Shown: positions 13,001-24,789 of the stretch, in pieces
How positions within the stretch are numbered: position 1 is the stretch's first letter
Layout of the letters: each line of letters begins with the position of its first letter
Assembly (NCBI GenBank): GCA_050273025.1
Contig: CP158635.1
Coordinates: forward strand, 27,342,001-27,406,000
Source of the DNA: Cenococcum geophilum
Lineage: Eukaryota
Length of the DNA stretch: 64,000 nucleotides
Reading direction: 5' to 3'
Translations under genes and position numbers: made by a program
Notes under the pieces: model-generated
Told to the model about the DNA's origin: nothing
Database searches by the model: none
What the model saw: the letters and a program-made list of their open reading frames with translations, nothing else

Positions 13001-15650
13001 AGGAATAACTGGAGACGGTTTATAAATAAGTATACTTTTAACCTAAGCCTCCCCTATAATAAGGGCCTTTAGGCTATAGCAAAATGGGTTAAAAAAAAAA
13101 AGGTAGGGCGCTTAGTAGAAGACTTATACCTACTACCCCTATAAAGAGCAGGAGAATTATAGGCTATAAACGATAATAATAAGAAGGCAAAGATTCTTAT
13201 AGAAAGGTTCTTCCCTTAACTGGCTCTAGTAGACCTTAGTAATATTATAGGCGAAATACCGGTGACTTACCTGTGGGTTAACAGCAATATAATAATAGAG
13301 GAAATAGCTAGAACTATTAGCCGCCTTTTAAATAATATAGTACTAGGACTAGATGGGATTCTAAATAAGGCCCTAAAAACCTATAGGCCACTTATAGCAC
13401 CTTGGCTTATAGATATAGCCAAAATATGCTTTACTATAGGCTACTACCCGCGACTCGGAAGATCTATAACGACGGTTATCCTATAAAAAGAAGGCAAAGC
13501 AGATTACTTAATCCTAGAAAGCTACCGCCCTATTGCCTTAGAAAACACCCTTAGCAAGATCTTAGAAAGGGTAATAGCGGAATATATAGCAGACACGGTA
13601 GAGGAATATACCCTACTACTATAAAGCCAAATAGGGGCAAGAAAGAACCGCTTAACACTATCAGCACTTACGCTACTTGCTGCTACTATTAAATCTGCAT
13701 AGGTAATGCGAAAGGACTTTGTAGTATTAATACTTAGCCTAGATATTAGTGGTGCCTACAACAATATACCCTATAAGCGTCTCCTGTATATTTTTAGGGT
13801 AAAGGGCTTCCTAAAATGGATTATATAATTTATCTAAGGGTTTATAGGCCAGAAAGAAATATTATTAGTCTTTAGCGGATACCAGAGCCCCCCTATTATA
13901 GTTATAATAGGAATACTATAAGGATTACCCCTCTTGCCTATACTCTTCCTTTTTTTTATAAGCAACCTGCTTAACTCCTTTAAGAAAGGGGCGACCTAGG
14001 GGATAGGCTTTATTAATGATATAAACCTAATTATATACGGGCTAATAGCCGTAAAGAATTGTAGAATACTAGAGAAAGCTTATAACACTTATATAGAATA
14101 GGCAAAACGTTATAGAGTCTAATTCTTACTAGAGAAATACTAGCTAATCTATTTAATAAGAAAACGTAACTAATTTATAGATCTTTAGTATATAATTCGC
14201 ATTTAAGGCTTTAGGGGTTAACTAGTTTAGGGCCTAAGGGTATTAGGAGTATAGGTAGACAGTAAGCTCCGGTAGAGCGTATATACAGCGTAAGTAGCCT
14301 ATAAAGGCTAAGTATAGTTTATTGCTTTATCTAGGATTGTTAATTCTATATAGGGTCTATACTTCTAGAGGTCACGCCTACTATATATAGTAGTTGTCCG
14401 GCCAACCATAACATATAGATCCAGTATTTGGGCCATTAGAGAAACTAAGAAGGGCCCCCCTAAATTACTCCTTAAACCACTTTAAAAGGTCTAAATAGCC
14501 TACCTTTAGAGTATTATAGGTAGGTATAAGTGAACGGCTACAGCACTACTTAAGAAGGAATCCAATATTCCCCCCCTATAGTTATATATTAAAGCCGCTG
14601 TAATATAAAGGACGCAAAATAAATGCAACTCTAATGTTATAAAGTATATTAAGACACGCCTAAGTAAACTATAGAGGGACCCTAGGGTGCCCTATAGGAG
14701 AATAAACCAACAACCCTAAAGTAGGGAAGAAATATTAGAGAAACAGGTAAAGAAAGCAGAAGAAGAATAGTGCCGCTTTAGGGCCCAGGCCTATATAAAG
14801 GAGGAAGGGAGATATATAAGAGGTTAGTAAAGATAATAGTAAGATAAAGAAAGGAGCTAAAGTAGAATACGTAAGAATGCTAGGAAACTATCTACCGTAA
14901 TGTAATACTGGTTAGACCAACGCTAAAGAGGTAAATGGGAGTTAAAGGTATAGAGGCTAACTTAGGCAAGATGAACCTAAGTTATAGTATAGTTAATGCT
15001 ATAAGGGGTAAATACCTAAGGGCTTTAAGAAGGCTTAATAAAGGTAGAAAATATAATAGTAATACTCTTAAGAACAGGAATAATAGGACTAAAAGATTGG
15101 CTTTACTGGGTGGGTATTCTAGTAGGTAGCCTAAGATGCGAATATGGCTAGCTAAGACAGACACTAAAACACGTAATACTGCTATGCCCCCTATATACTA
15201 ATTAAGAAATAATGCTTTTAGCAGCTGGTATAGAGAACTATAATACACTACTCTTAATATAAAAAGGCCTTAAGGCGGTTACCTAGTGGCTTATTAGTTA
15301 AAATATGCTAAATCAGTTCTAGGTTATAAGGGAAATAGTAATAGAAGGCAAGGGGGCGAGCAGTAGGTGCCCCCTAGTAACTCTACAGTAGTAGAGTAAT
15401 AGTTTATAATACTAGCGCGTCCGTAGGCTTGTTACGGCAGCAGTGGTTCCTAAGGAGGTTAAATAGTAAGGTAGTAAAGCACTATAGGCAACTTATAGGC
15501 GCTAAGTAGGTAAGTCCTAAAAGGCGGGGAGATAGAATACGGGGTTTTCTCATTTTTCTTAAATAGAGTTTTCTCCCTATATGTAAATAAGAAGTAGTCT
15601 GTATGGGCCTAATAGGGATCCGAATCGGATATTAAGCAATAAATTATTAT
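10100..15650 (+). mobile_element. LINE-2: second, distinct Tad-like non-LTR retrotransposon, near full length, RIP-inactivated
   Basis: 14-bp TSD TAAATATAATTATA at 10086-10099 and 15651-15664; the empty site is seen in the paralog at ~44250-44265. Zn knuckles ~11200-11345; Q-Y-N-C ~11960; L-L-G-D-M-N-L-H-H-P ~12341; G-I-P-Q-G-S-P-L-S-P ~13910; G-F-V-D-D ~14006; C-E-C-G..H..C ~15135-15190. (ATT)n tail. Confidence 0.95.
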
Positions 15651-16149
15651 TAAATATAATTATAGAATAATACCTATAAATATACTACTCCTACCTATAA
15701 AATAACTAGGAAAAGTAGCTACCTTTAGCTAAGTTTATTATAAATAATATAAGAAACGAATTAATAGGTATAATACCGTTTTACGTAACCTATAGATAAA
15801 ACCCTTAACTTAAATTTAAACTATAACCTAAAATTAATATAATAGGACCTATAATTAAAAGGATTTAACTAATTAATATATATAACTTTACTAATTAAAT
15901 AAAGTAGTTAATGGAACTATTATAAAGTAAATTAGCGTATACTTAAATAGTATAAAAATAGTATATAAATAAAGGACAAGCTCTTATATAGGACTTTAAA
16001 AAAGGTAATATAGTTTACCTAAATATATAAAACCTAAAGACTTAATAACTCTTAAAAAAACTAGACTAGAAGTTTATAGGTTTATACTAAATTAAGAAGA
16101 AACTAAGCCTATATACTTATAAGCTTAAACTATTAACTAAAATAAAAAT

Positions 16150-19100
16150 TGTTGGACTTATAAGGGGATATCACGTAGCTACGGTTCGTAGATAGTATAA
16201 TGGTTGTTTTTCTTTCTTATTCTTTATAGATAGGGGTAAGGGTTAAGGAACTTAAGGTTCCTTGCTACAGTAGTGCCGCGGCAATACGTGATGGCAACTT
16301 GCCTTATATGACGGCAATTTGCCTTACATGGCGGCAATTTGCCCTATTCCTAATACTGGCAACTCTTCTTTTTATGGTTGCTATTTATATATATATAAAC
16401 AGATAGGATGCAACGATACTAGATAGTATATGATAAGACTAAATACTATGCGATAATGTAGCAGTTGGCGAAGACGGGTAGGCTGCTAAGGCGCTAGCAG
16501 TAAGCGAGCTAATGGCGATTTTCTATCCCGGGGATGGAAAATCCTAATTGGCTGGATTAAGTTAGGGTCTATAGAATGTTATGCTCTAAAAAGTCTTGGT
16601 AAGAGAATCTAACTAATTAGATAACTTTAACCGCTGGTTAAAGTTCTTGGATATCTTAAGACCTTATATAACTAAGAAATTTCTAGGGATTCCCTTTTAA
16701 CCTAACCTTTAACTTATATATATAGAGTATTTATATTAATAAACGTCTCTAGTGCCTTGTTTAGGTTTGCCTTTATTATTATATCTGCTGGGTTATCTTG
16801 GCTATTAATTTATTAAATCTTAAAGAGTTTTTAATGCTTGTAGGATTGCTAAAGTGCTATAATATTAATTATGAGGCGCTTCTCTTTTGTGGTACTAAGC
16901 TTAACTAAATATTTATAGAGGGAATATGAGTTGGTGTATACGATTATAGGGATAATGGAAAGTTTAAGTTGATCTATAATTATCTTTAGGGTAGTTTTAA
17001 TTGTAATTGCTATATTGACTCCGCTAACTATTCTATATATCTCTAATGCTAAAACACTTTAGGTAACGCGCTTGCTCTTAGTTGAGCTCTAATAGATAAG
17101 ATTGCTATAGATTATGAAGTTATTCTCTCTAGTAAATTTGTTTATAATGATGATCTTATATCCTAACTAGGAGCTAAAATCTTTATTATTTGCGAATGAT
17201 CTATTAATAAATACAAAGAGCTTAGCGGTAGGAAGATTAATAGGTATATAGAGTAGTCCCTAATTGAGATGGTTTATTTGCTAAAAAAGACGCTTATTTA
17301 GGGCAAGGATATTATCCTTAGTTGGTTCCTAGTATTGGGTGGTAATAGAGAGATTAAATAAAGCCTTGGGTTAATAGATAGAAGTAATATAAGCTCCGTA
17401 AGCGCGTTGCTCCACATATTCTTACTTTAGAGAATTAGCGTTAATAATATTAATTTTCTTGCCTTAACCCTTCTAGTATAGAGTAATAGAATCCTTATTT
17501 AGGGAGAGGATGCATCTATTAAAGAGTAATAGTATTATTAAACTAAGCTTTTCCTTTAGCTTTGCTATAAGATTTGCCTTTACTAACTTGTCTTCTTTAA
17601 GAGCTAAGAATTGGTCGTCTCCTAAGATAATTATATTATTAGTTTATATGCCGATAATTCTAAATAGAGTTCCTGTAGTTATAATAAGGAAGTAGGGATT
17701 AAATATAGAAGTAGTTATTAAAAGCTTCTTTTTGTGGTGCTTGCTATAGGTAGCCCACTAATAAGTTCCTGCTTCTGCAATTCTATATAGTAGCTTAAGT
17801 ATAACTATAATCGTATCTTCGGGATATTGGTGGCGAATTTACTCTAGAAGGTATGCTAGTATTAAGCGCTAAAGGCGCGTCTCTAATTAGGTATAGGCCT
17901 AAGTAATATCTTATAAATAAACTGCTATTTTGTTCTTTATTAAGAAGGGAGCTAGTGTAATAATAACTTACTAACTAGCTTATTATATTATAGGAGATTA
18001 TATAAGAATTACCTCCTTACTATTATTATTATAACCTTAAATAATAAGCCTTAATTTCTTAAATAGGGCGTTAGTAGCCTTACCCTTAATCTCGTTAACT
18101 ATTCTTAACTTAAAGATGCAAATTCTATTAAACTTAGTAGGGTTATACTTCTTAAATTTAAAGACTCCTCTTATAATGAGACTGTCGATTTCCTATTTAT
18201 TAGATGCTTAGAAAGGAGCTCCTAGAGTTATAATACAACCTTCCTTTTAAAGCTATTTTGTAAGCTTAAAGTTAGCCTTCTTTTTAGCTGTTATAAAGGC
18301 CATTAATAACTCAACTTTACTCTCTATAGCAGTAACGAATTGCTCTTTAAAATTAATAAGATGTTAGTAATTTTATAATCCCTTTGGGCGACCTCTACCG
18401 CGTTATAGTTATGGCACATCTACTATAATTATATTAGGATTACAGTCGCCTTTTAGGGTATATTAATTGTGGTTCTTCTTTAGGGCATCTTCTAGGGTAT
18501 CTTTTAGGGCATCCTATAAAGGCTTGGAACTGTTATCTTTATAGTAGGGCCTAATAATAGTTAAATAGAATTAAGTAGGTCTATAGGGCATCTAAAGAGT
18601 ATAAGTTTAACTATTAATTGTAATAAGTTTATATAGGCCTAACTATCCTCCCTTTTTACGCCATACCCGTACTTTAGATTAGAGTGGCAGATTAAGTATA
18701 GTTAAGGTATTTAGGCCATTTCTTATTCCTAGTACGTTATTAACCTAGCGTATAGCGTATAGACGTTATATCTCCTTTATTACTTTATAAATAGCCTTAG
18801 CTCGTTATATAATAAAGGGAGATAGTAGAGAATTGTTAGTTATTTAAGGGTAGGCGTTAAAGACTAGTAATATAGGTATAAGCCTATCTAGGCTAGCGGA
18901 ATTGTTAATGGCCTTAATAGCTATCTATAAGATAATTTTTTTGCTAGCGTCCTCTAGTTCTAAAGAAATAATCTTATATATTTAGCGTAATAGTATATAG
19001 TATTGCTCTACTTTTCTAATACTATTATATGCCTTAATAGGGACTTCCTTAACCTTAATTGCTATTATTTTTACCTATTATTAAAACTCCGTAGATAAGA

Positions 19101-22100
19101 AGTTCTTTCCTATATTATAAATAATTTAATTAGGGGGTTCTAGGTAGATATTAATCTAGTATAACTAAAGGGTATCCTATACATTTCTAGCTAATATATC
19201 CCTTAAGAAACGTACGGCTTAGAAGGAGGTTAATAAGTTAACAGCTTAAAGGACTGGCTTACCATTAAGATATATAACATTAATAATAATACAGAAGTTA
19301 AAGTTGTAGTTATCTTTAAGGGTAAACTTAAATCGGCTAGGGGACTTCTAGTTTATTTAGTAGTAATAGTAATACTTTATAAGATGCTTAATTACCTTAA
19401 CCTTAACTTTATAACCTGCTCGTTAAAGAACCCTAAATAGTTAGTAAATAAATAAGTAGCTAAAACAACGGTATAGTTAACGTAGCTCTAACTTAGTTAA
19501 GTGACTTTAAGTAATACTCCTTTCTGGTTATTAGAGAAGCAACTAAGGATAACCCTACTTACGTACAACGGGCACCTAATTATCTCCCTAAATAAGTATA
19601 TTCTTAAGGTTATTAAGCTTAATACCTAATTTATTTATATCTTAGATATAGAATAGGAATGGGGTATTCGCGGGAATAATATAGAAGGTAATATATCCTA
19701 ATAGGGTTTGGACCTTAATTGTACCAAAAAATATTATAGTACCCTTACTAAAGCAAATTATATATTAGCCTGCCGTTAATTAGTTAATTTAAACAGAGCT
19801 ATTAAGCTGCTAAAGAGCTTAAACTTAAGGTTCTCCTACTATAGATACTCCTGCGGCTCTAGTATCTGGTATAATACTATAGAAGACGTTTGCCAAGTAT
19901 CTATTATTAAAGGAGAACGTAAAACTTTCCTTTGGCTTATTAAAGATATCTAACTTTATAATAGAATGGAACGTAGATTAGTTATTAAGGATAGTAATAG
20001 TTTATATGCTATTTACCTTACCATACTTAGTAAAGTATTAGTTAGGAGAGTAGTCCTTAATATCTATATCTATAAGGAGCTATTCGGCCTTATTAACCTT
20101 ATCCTTAAGGTCTTTTATACCTTTATATTAGACCAAAAAGCTTTAAAAGTAAGCCGCAGTAACCTTACAATTTCTAACGTTTCTTGTATTTTGTCGGAAC
20201 TTATTATATACCTCCTTTTACTTATTAAGAGAGTGTCTATTTAACTAGCAATTTAGCTTTTTATAAATATAGCACTTCTTTTAACGGTTATTCCAAAATA
20301 AACCTCCATAAGGACCTTTATAATTACTTTATAGTTAACGTTAATTATACCCTCTGCCATATCCCCTACTCCGGCCACTATATATTTAATTAGTCTAGTT
20401 ATAATTATATTAGTCTAGAATCCCGGTTTAAATAGGGTTTTTAGTATAAAATTATTAGGGTTCTTATATTTATATTATAGTGCCTACGGCGGAGCGTAGT
20501 TTAGTATATACTTCTTTAAATATATCTATAGGTTTATATAGCGCCAAGTTACACTTAGGAACGCTACGGCATGCTAAGATAACCTAGTCCCTTAGACTGT
20601 TCTCGTTTTAATAGGTTTTAGTAAAACTATATTAGATTTTCTAGAGTTTATTAAAGAATAGTTAAAGACACTCTAGGCGAGTTATTATTAGGTTAGAAGC
20701 GATAACTCTCTAAAATATAGTCTCCCGCTATTTAGATATATAGAGTTGGCGGTTTTTATTAGTTTTAAAGTGGGCTCTAGTAAGCTAAAGCATTATATTA
20801 AAGCTATAGTTTTTACCTACAATATAGTCGTAATAGAACATTACCGCCCGTCCCTTTAATATAATAGAAAAAATATAATAGAACTAGTAGTGTTAAATTC
20901 TAACCTTATTACAGCAGTTATAAAAGACCTATAGTTTTACTCTAAGTATATTATATAATTCTCCTCCAAACTTCTTCTCTTTATCTAAATATACCTTTAT
21001 TAGATTCGTAACTTCTTAAGATAGAGGCTTATTAGTTAGCTAGGATAGAGGAGTTAGAAGTAGTAAAGATAGAGAAAGAGCACCTCTAGGTAGTAGAGCA
21101 CCTTTAGGTAAAAGAGTAGCGTTCTAGGGGTTTTATTCCAAATTAAAGTTACCTTCCAAAGAATATAGGTTAGTTTTAGGTTTTTGTAGTTAACGTATAA
21201 TCTTAGCTTCCGTCTATACTAGTTCTTCTATACTAGTAAGAATAGCGTAAATATTACTAGTAATTAGGTTACTGTTCTTAGTAATGTACACCCCATTCCT
21301 TTAGAGGGAGTCTTAAAAATCCTAAATAATATTAATATTACTAAGTGCCTAGGTATCGGCGGTTTATCCTACAAAATCCTCCCTAAAGTATTCCTATAAC
21401 TATAAATTGGCATAATAGCTATCTTAATAGAATAGAATATGGTGTAGGAGAAAGTTATTAACTTATTTTATGGTATAGGTTGTTATATTAAAGGTAAATA
21501 CGTCCTAATCTTTATTAATAAGTTTCGCGTATATAGCTACCCCTAGTAGTAAGGAGTTTCTCTAGTTATTTAGAGTGGCTATAGTTATATCTTCAGAGGA
21601 AGGGAATATTAGTAGTATAAGGATTATCATTTAGTACGCGTTTGTGACGTATATTTACAATTATAGGGCTTAGGACTAGTTCTAGCCTTAAATTGCGAAG
21701 ACTTATAAAGCGTGTTGTTCTATATAATAGACGCAAGAATCTATAATCTAGGGAAGGCTTAGGACTAGTTCTAGCCTTTAGATCCTTAAATTCGTGGAAG
21801 AGTTCTATTTAAGGTTTAGGACTAGTTCTAACCTTAAAAGACAGCTTCCCTTAGCACGAGTAGTACTGGTATAGTAGCTCATCTTTTTTTAGTAAATACC
21901 TAGCTGTTCTATAGCATAACTATAAAGTTAACCACTAATTAGTGTTGGACTTATAAGGGGATATCACGTAGCTACGGTTCGTAGATAGTATGATAGTTAT
22001 TTTTCTTTCTTATTCTTTATAGATAGGGGTAAGGGTCAAGGAACTTAAGGTTCCTCGCTACGGTAGTGCCGCGGCGACACGTGACGGCAACTTGCCTTAC

Positions 22101-22148
22101 GTGACGGCAATTTGCCTTACATGGTGGCAATTTGCCCTATTCCCAATA
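16150..22148 (-). mobile_element. Copia-1 (gag subtype b) full-length LTR retrotransposon, GalEa-like, RIP-inactivated
   Basis: 206-bp LTRs 16150-16355 and 21943-22148; TSD AAAAT (16145-16149, 22149-22153). Minus-strand order gag-PR-IN-RT-RH with Q-T-D-D (~17635), F-V-D-G-S-F-A-N-N (~17190-17212) and N-P-A-D-x-M-T-K (~16780). PPT next to 16356. Confidence 0.96.
16507..16553. promoter_or_regulatory. Palindromic module A (consensus AGCCAATGGC-GATTTTCCATCCCGGGGATGGAAAATC-CTGATTGGCT); other copies at ~22674, 24604, 25123, 50917, 53280, 57118, 58054
   Basis: Eight copies aligned by eye. The dyad symmetry is directly visible; the regulatory role is inferred only. Confidence 0.6.
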
Positions 22149-22840
22149 AAAATATATCTAATATTTTATATAAACTTACTATAACCTTTAAAAGGTAAAC
22201 CTTTAACTTATAAAGTGCCGCTATTACCTTTTATAATTATTAATAACGGTAATAGTTCTTACTTTATTAACTTAATTAATAATATATAATAGAAAATATA
22301 ATCTAAATAATTTAAACTTTTTATTAAATAAAAAGGATATAAAATATAAACCTAAGAAACCTATAACTAGATTAAGGCTAATACGCCTTCTTTAGTAAAA
22401 GAATTCTATAAGGACTACCCTTTATAGCCTACTTTAGCTAAATAAATATAATATAAAGGTAAATAATTACTATCTAATATAAATATATAAAATATAATAA
22501 TAGGAAGCTTAAAATTAAAAAGAACTTAAAATATGTTATAATATTTATAATATAATTATATAAGATATAAGATATTAAGGAACTTTAACTACTAGTTAAA
22601 GTTATTTAATTAGTTAGATTTACCTTACTAAGACCTACTATAAAGATATTAGTTCTGCTTACCGCCTTAACTAAGCTAATAGTAATTTTCTATACTAGGT
22701 ATAAAAAATCCTAATTAGTTTATTTATAATTAGAACTAGTAAAACTCTATACTACTATTTAATATAAAAATATAATACGCGAAGTTATAAGTCTTAACTA
22801 AAATTTAATTATTTAGACCTTTAGCTAAAAGGGGGAGTAC

Positions 22841-23145
22841 TATAATAGGACTAGCCTAGTTATAGTAGAAATATCTTAATAAAATACTTAATAGATAAAT
22901 TCTAACGCTTTAACTAAATTCTACTAGATTAATTAAATTTTACTAAAGTCTGTTAAAGACTATATATATATATACGCACGCATTAACTACTAAGCCCCTA
23001 ACTATTTAATTATATAATTCTCTTATTATTCCCTTCTCTTCTTTATATAATGTTTTATTCTTAGCAAGAGCTATATACCCTTAGATTTAGATAGAATTTA
23101 TATTATTCCTTTAAATCTTCCCTAAAGTCTCTCTGCGCCCTTATA
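22841..23145 (+). repeat. Gypsy-A 3' LTR (305 bp)
   Basis: Follows the PPT; RIP-altered TG..CA ends (TA..TA); reverse complement of 24180-24482. Confidence 0.88.
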
Positions 23146-24179
23146 GTATTATCTTTATAGCGTTACTATAAAATTAAAGCTAGGGCCTTAAGCTATATTA
23201 TTATCCGCTTAAAGTGGTTAGCTATAGAGTCTACGCAAAAGAACTCCTTCTTTACTTATACTAATAGTATTAGTAGGTAAGGGCTAGTAGGCTTAATTCT
23301 AAGGTAAGGGTTAAAGCTATAGTTTATAAAGAACGGGGAGATACCTATACTCTTATTAACTTAGTTATTTATAGTAAACTCGGCTAGCAGTAGGTAGTTA
23401 ACCTAGTTATTCTATATAAAGCTAATAAAAGTATAGAGGTACTTATTTATAGTAGCGTTAATAATTTTAGTTTAGCTATCTATTTCTAGGTACTAGGCTA
23501 GCTTAGTTTTAAAGTTATCTTAAGGCGTTTACTTAGTCGTTGCTAAAAGTCGCTAATAAATTATATACTGTAATTAGAGATAATTATACTTAGTGCACTA
23601 TAGAGCTTATATATTGTTCGTACTAACTTAATAGCATAAGTAAGTTGTATCCACGGGCACGAAATACATATAGTATTGTATGCTTATTTAAATAGTAACT
23701 GTTAATTCTATTAAGGTAGACTACGTAGTCTATATACTAACGCGCCTCCCCCCTAATTAGTTAGCATATAGGTGGTTAGTGCACGAACGCGTATTTACGC
23801 GTTCGTATACTAGGTGCTGTAATTATATATATATATTATTAACAAAGCTATTAACTAGCTCCTTTATTAAGAGTCCTATTACTAAAATAAGGTATTATAT
23901 TTTAGTTAGGCGGTCTATAATAATAAGAATATATTTATATACCTTACTATAGCGTTAGTATACTAGTAGTGTTATAATATAGTTAATTAAAATATTAGTT
24001 TATAGGCGAGTAGGTAGTTCTAGTAGCTTTAAAAAGCTAGGTAGGACAAAATAGGGGGTCTTAGTATAAAAGTATAGGGCATAGTCTTTAATAAAGGTAG
24101 CTATAAATTAGGAGATTCTTAGCTACTAGTATATTTAGTTTAAGAGGTTAAGGGTTTTAACCTAGCTAGGGTAACTAGT
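23146..24179 (-). mobile_element. Gypsy-C integrase fragment (basal layer of the nest)
   Basis: Minus strand de-RIPs to G-H-P-G-R-S-K-T..C-A-L-C..W-T-D-I-S-I-D-Y..V-D-R-L-T-K-M..H-P-E-T-D-G-Q-T-E..W-L-P-L-A-E-F. Nucleotide sequence differs from Gypsy-A and Gypsy-B. Confidence 0.85.
23615..23829 (-). mobile_element. Solo LTR of the Copia-2 family (215 bp)
   Basis: Reverse complement of 51213-51480 with fewer internal repeats. TSD TATAT (23610-23614, 23830-23834). Removing it restores the Gypsy-C frame (F-V-D-D-x-Y-K-L-H-G-A-P). Confidence 0.9.
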
Positions 24180-24482
24180 TATAAGGGCGCGGAGAGACTT
24201 TAGGGAAAATTTAAAGAAATAATCTAAATTTTATCTAAATTTAAGGGTATATAGCTCTTATTAAGAACAAGATATTATATAAAGAAGAGAAGGGAATAAT
24301 AAGAGAATTATATAATTAAATAGTTAGGGGCTTAGTAATATATATATATATATATATATATAGTCTTTAATAGACTTTAGTAAAATTTAATTAATCTAAT
24401 AGAATTTAGTTAAAGCGTTAAAATTTATCTATTAAGTATTTTACTAAGATATTTCTACTATAACTAGGCTAGTCCCGTTATA
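24180..24482 (-). repeat. Gypsy-A 3' LTR (303 bp)
   Basis: Inverted copy of 22841-23145; PPT complement at ~24486-24500. Confidence 0.88.
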
Positions 24483-24789
24483 GTACCCTTTTTTTTTAGC
24501 TAAAGGTCTAAATAATTAAATTTTAGTTAAAACTTATAACTTTATATATTATATTTTTATATTAAGTAGTAGTATAGAGTTTTACTAGTTCTAATTATAA
24601 ATAAACTAATTAGGATTTTTTATACCTAATATAGAAAATTACTATTAGCTTAATTAGGGCGGTAAGCAAAACTAATATCTTTATAGTAGGTCTTAGTAAG
24701 GTAAATCTAACTAATTAAATAACTTTAACTAGTAGTTAAAGTTCCTTAATATCTTTTATGTTATATAATTATATTATAAACATTATAAC

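Larger units (their letters stand above)
3699..23145 (+). mobile_element. Gypsy-A chromodomain LTR retrotransposon, + copy, 3' part (integrase, chromodomain, 3' LTR); segments 3699-4054, 9874-10099, 15651-16149, 22149-23145
   Basis: Segments join in order across TSDs into a RIP-degraded integrase (..W-Q-D-I-S-I-D-F.., H-P-E-T-D-G-Q-T-E, W-L-P-L-A-E-F, H-P-V-F-H-V-N-L-L). Chromodomain-like ..K-W-x-G-Y..T-W-E-P at ~22260-22365. PPT AAAAGGGGGAG ~22827-22837, then LTR. Reverse complement of the segments at 24180-44816. Confidence 0.9.

Noticed and set aside
16695..16715. TAACC/TTAGGG-like words as interstitial telomere
   Set aside because: Isolated words at the Copia-1 pol end and elsewhere, produced by RIP; no tandem telomeric array.
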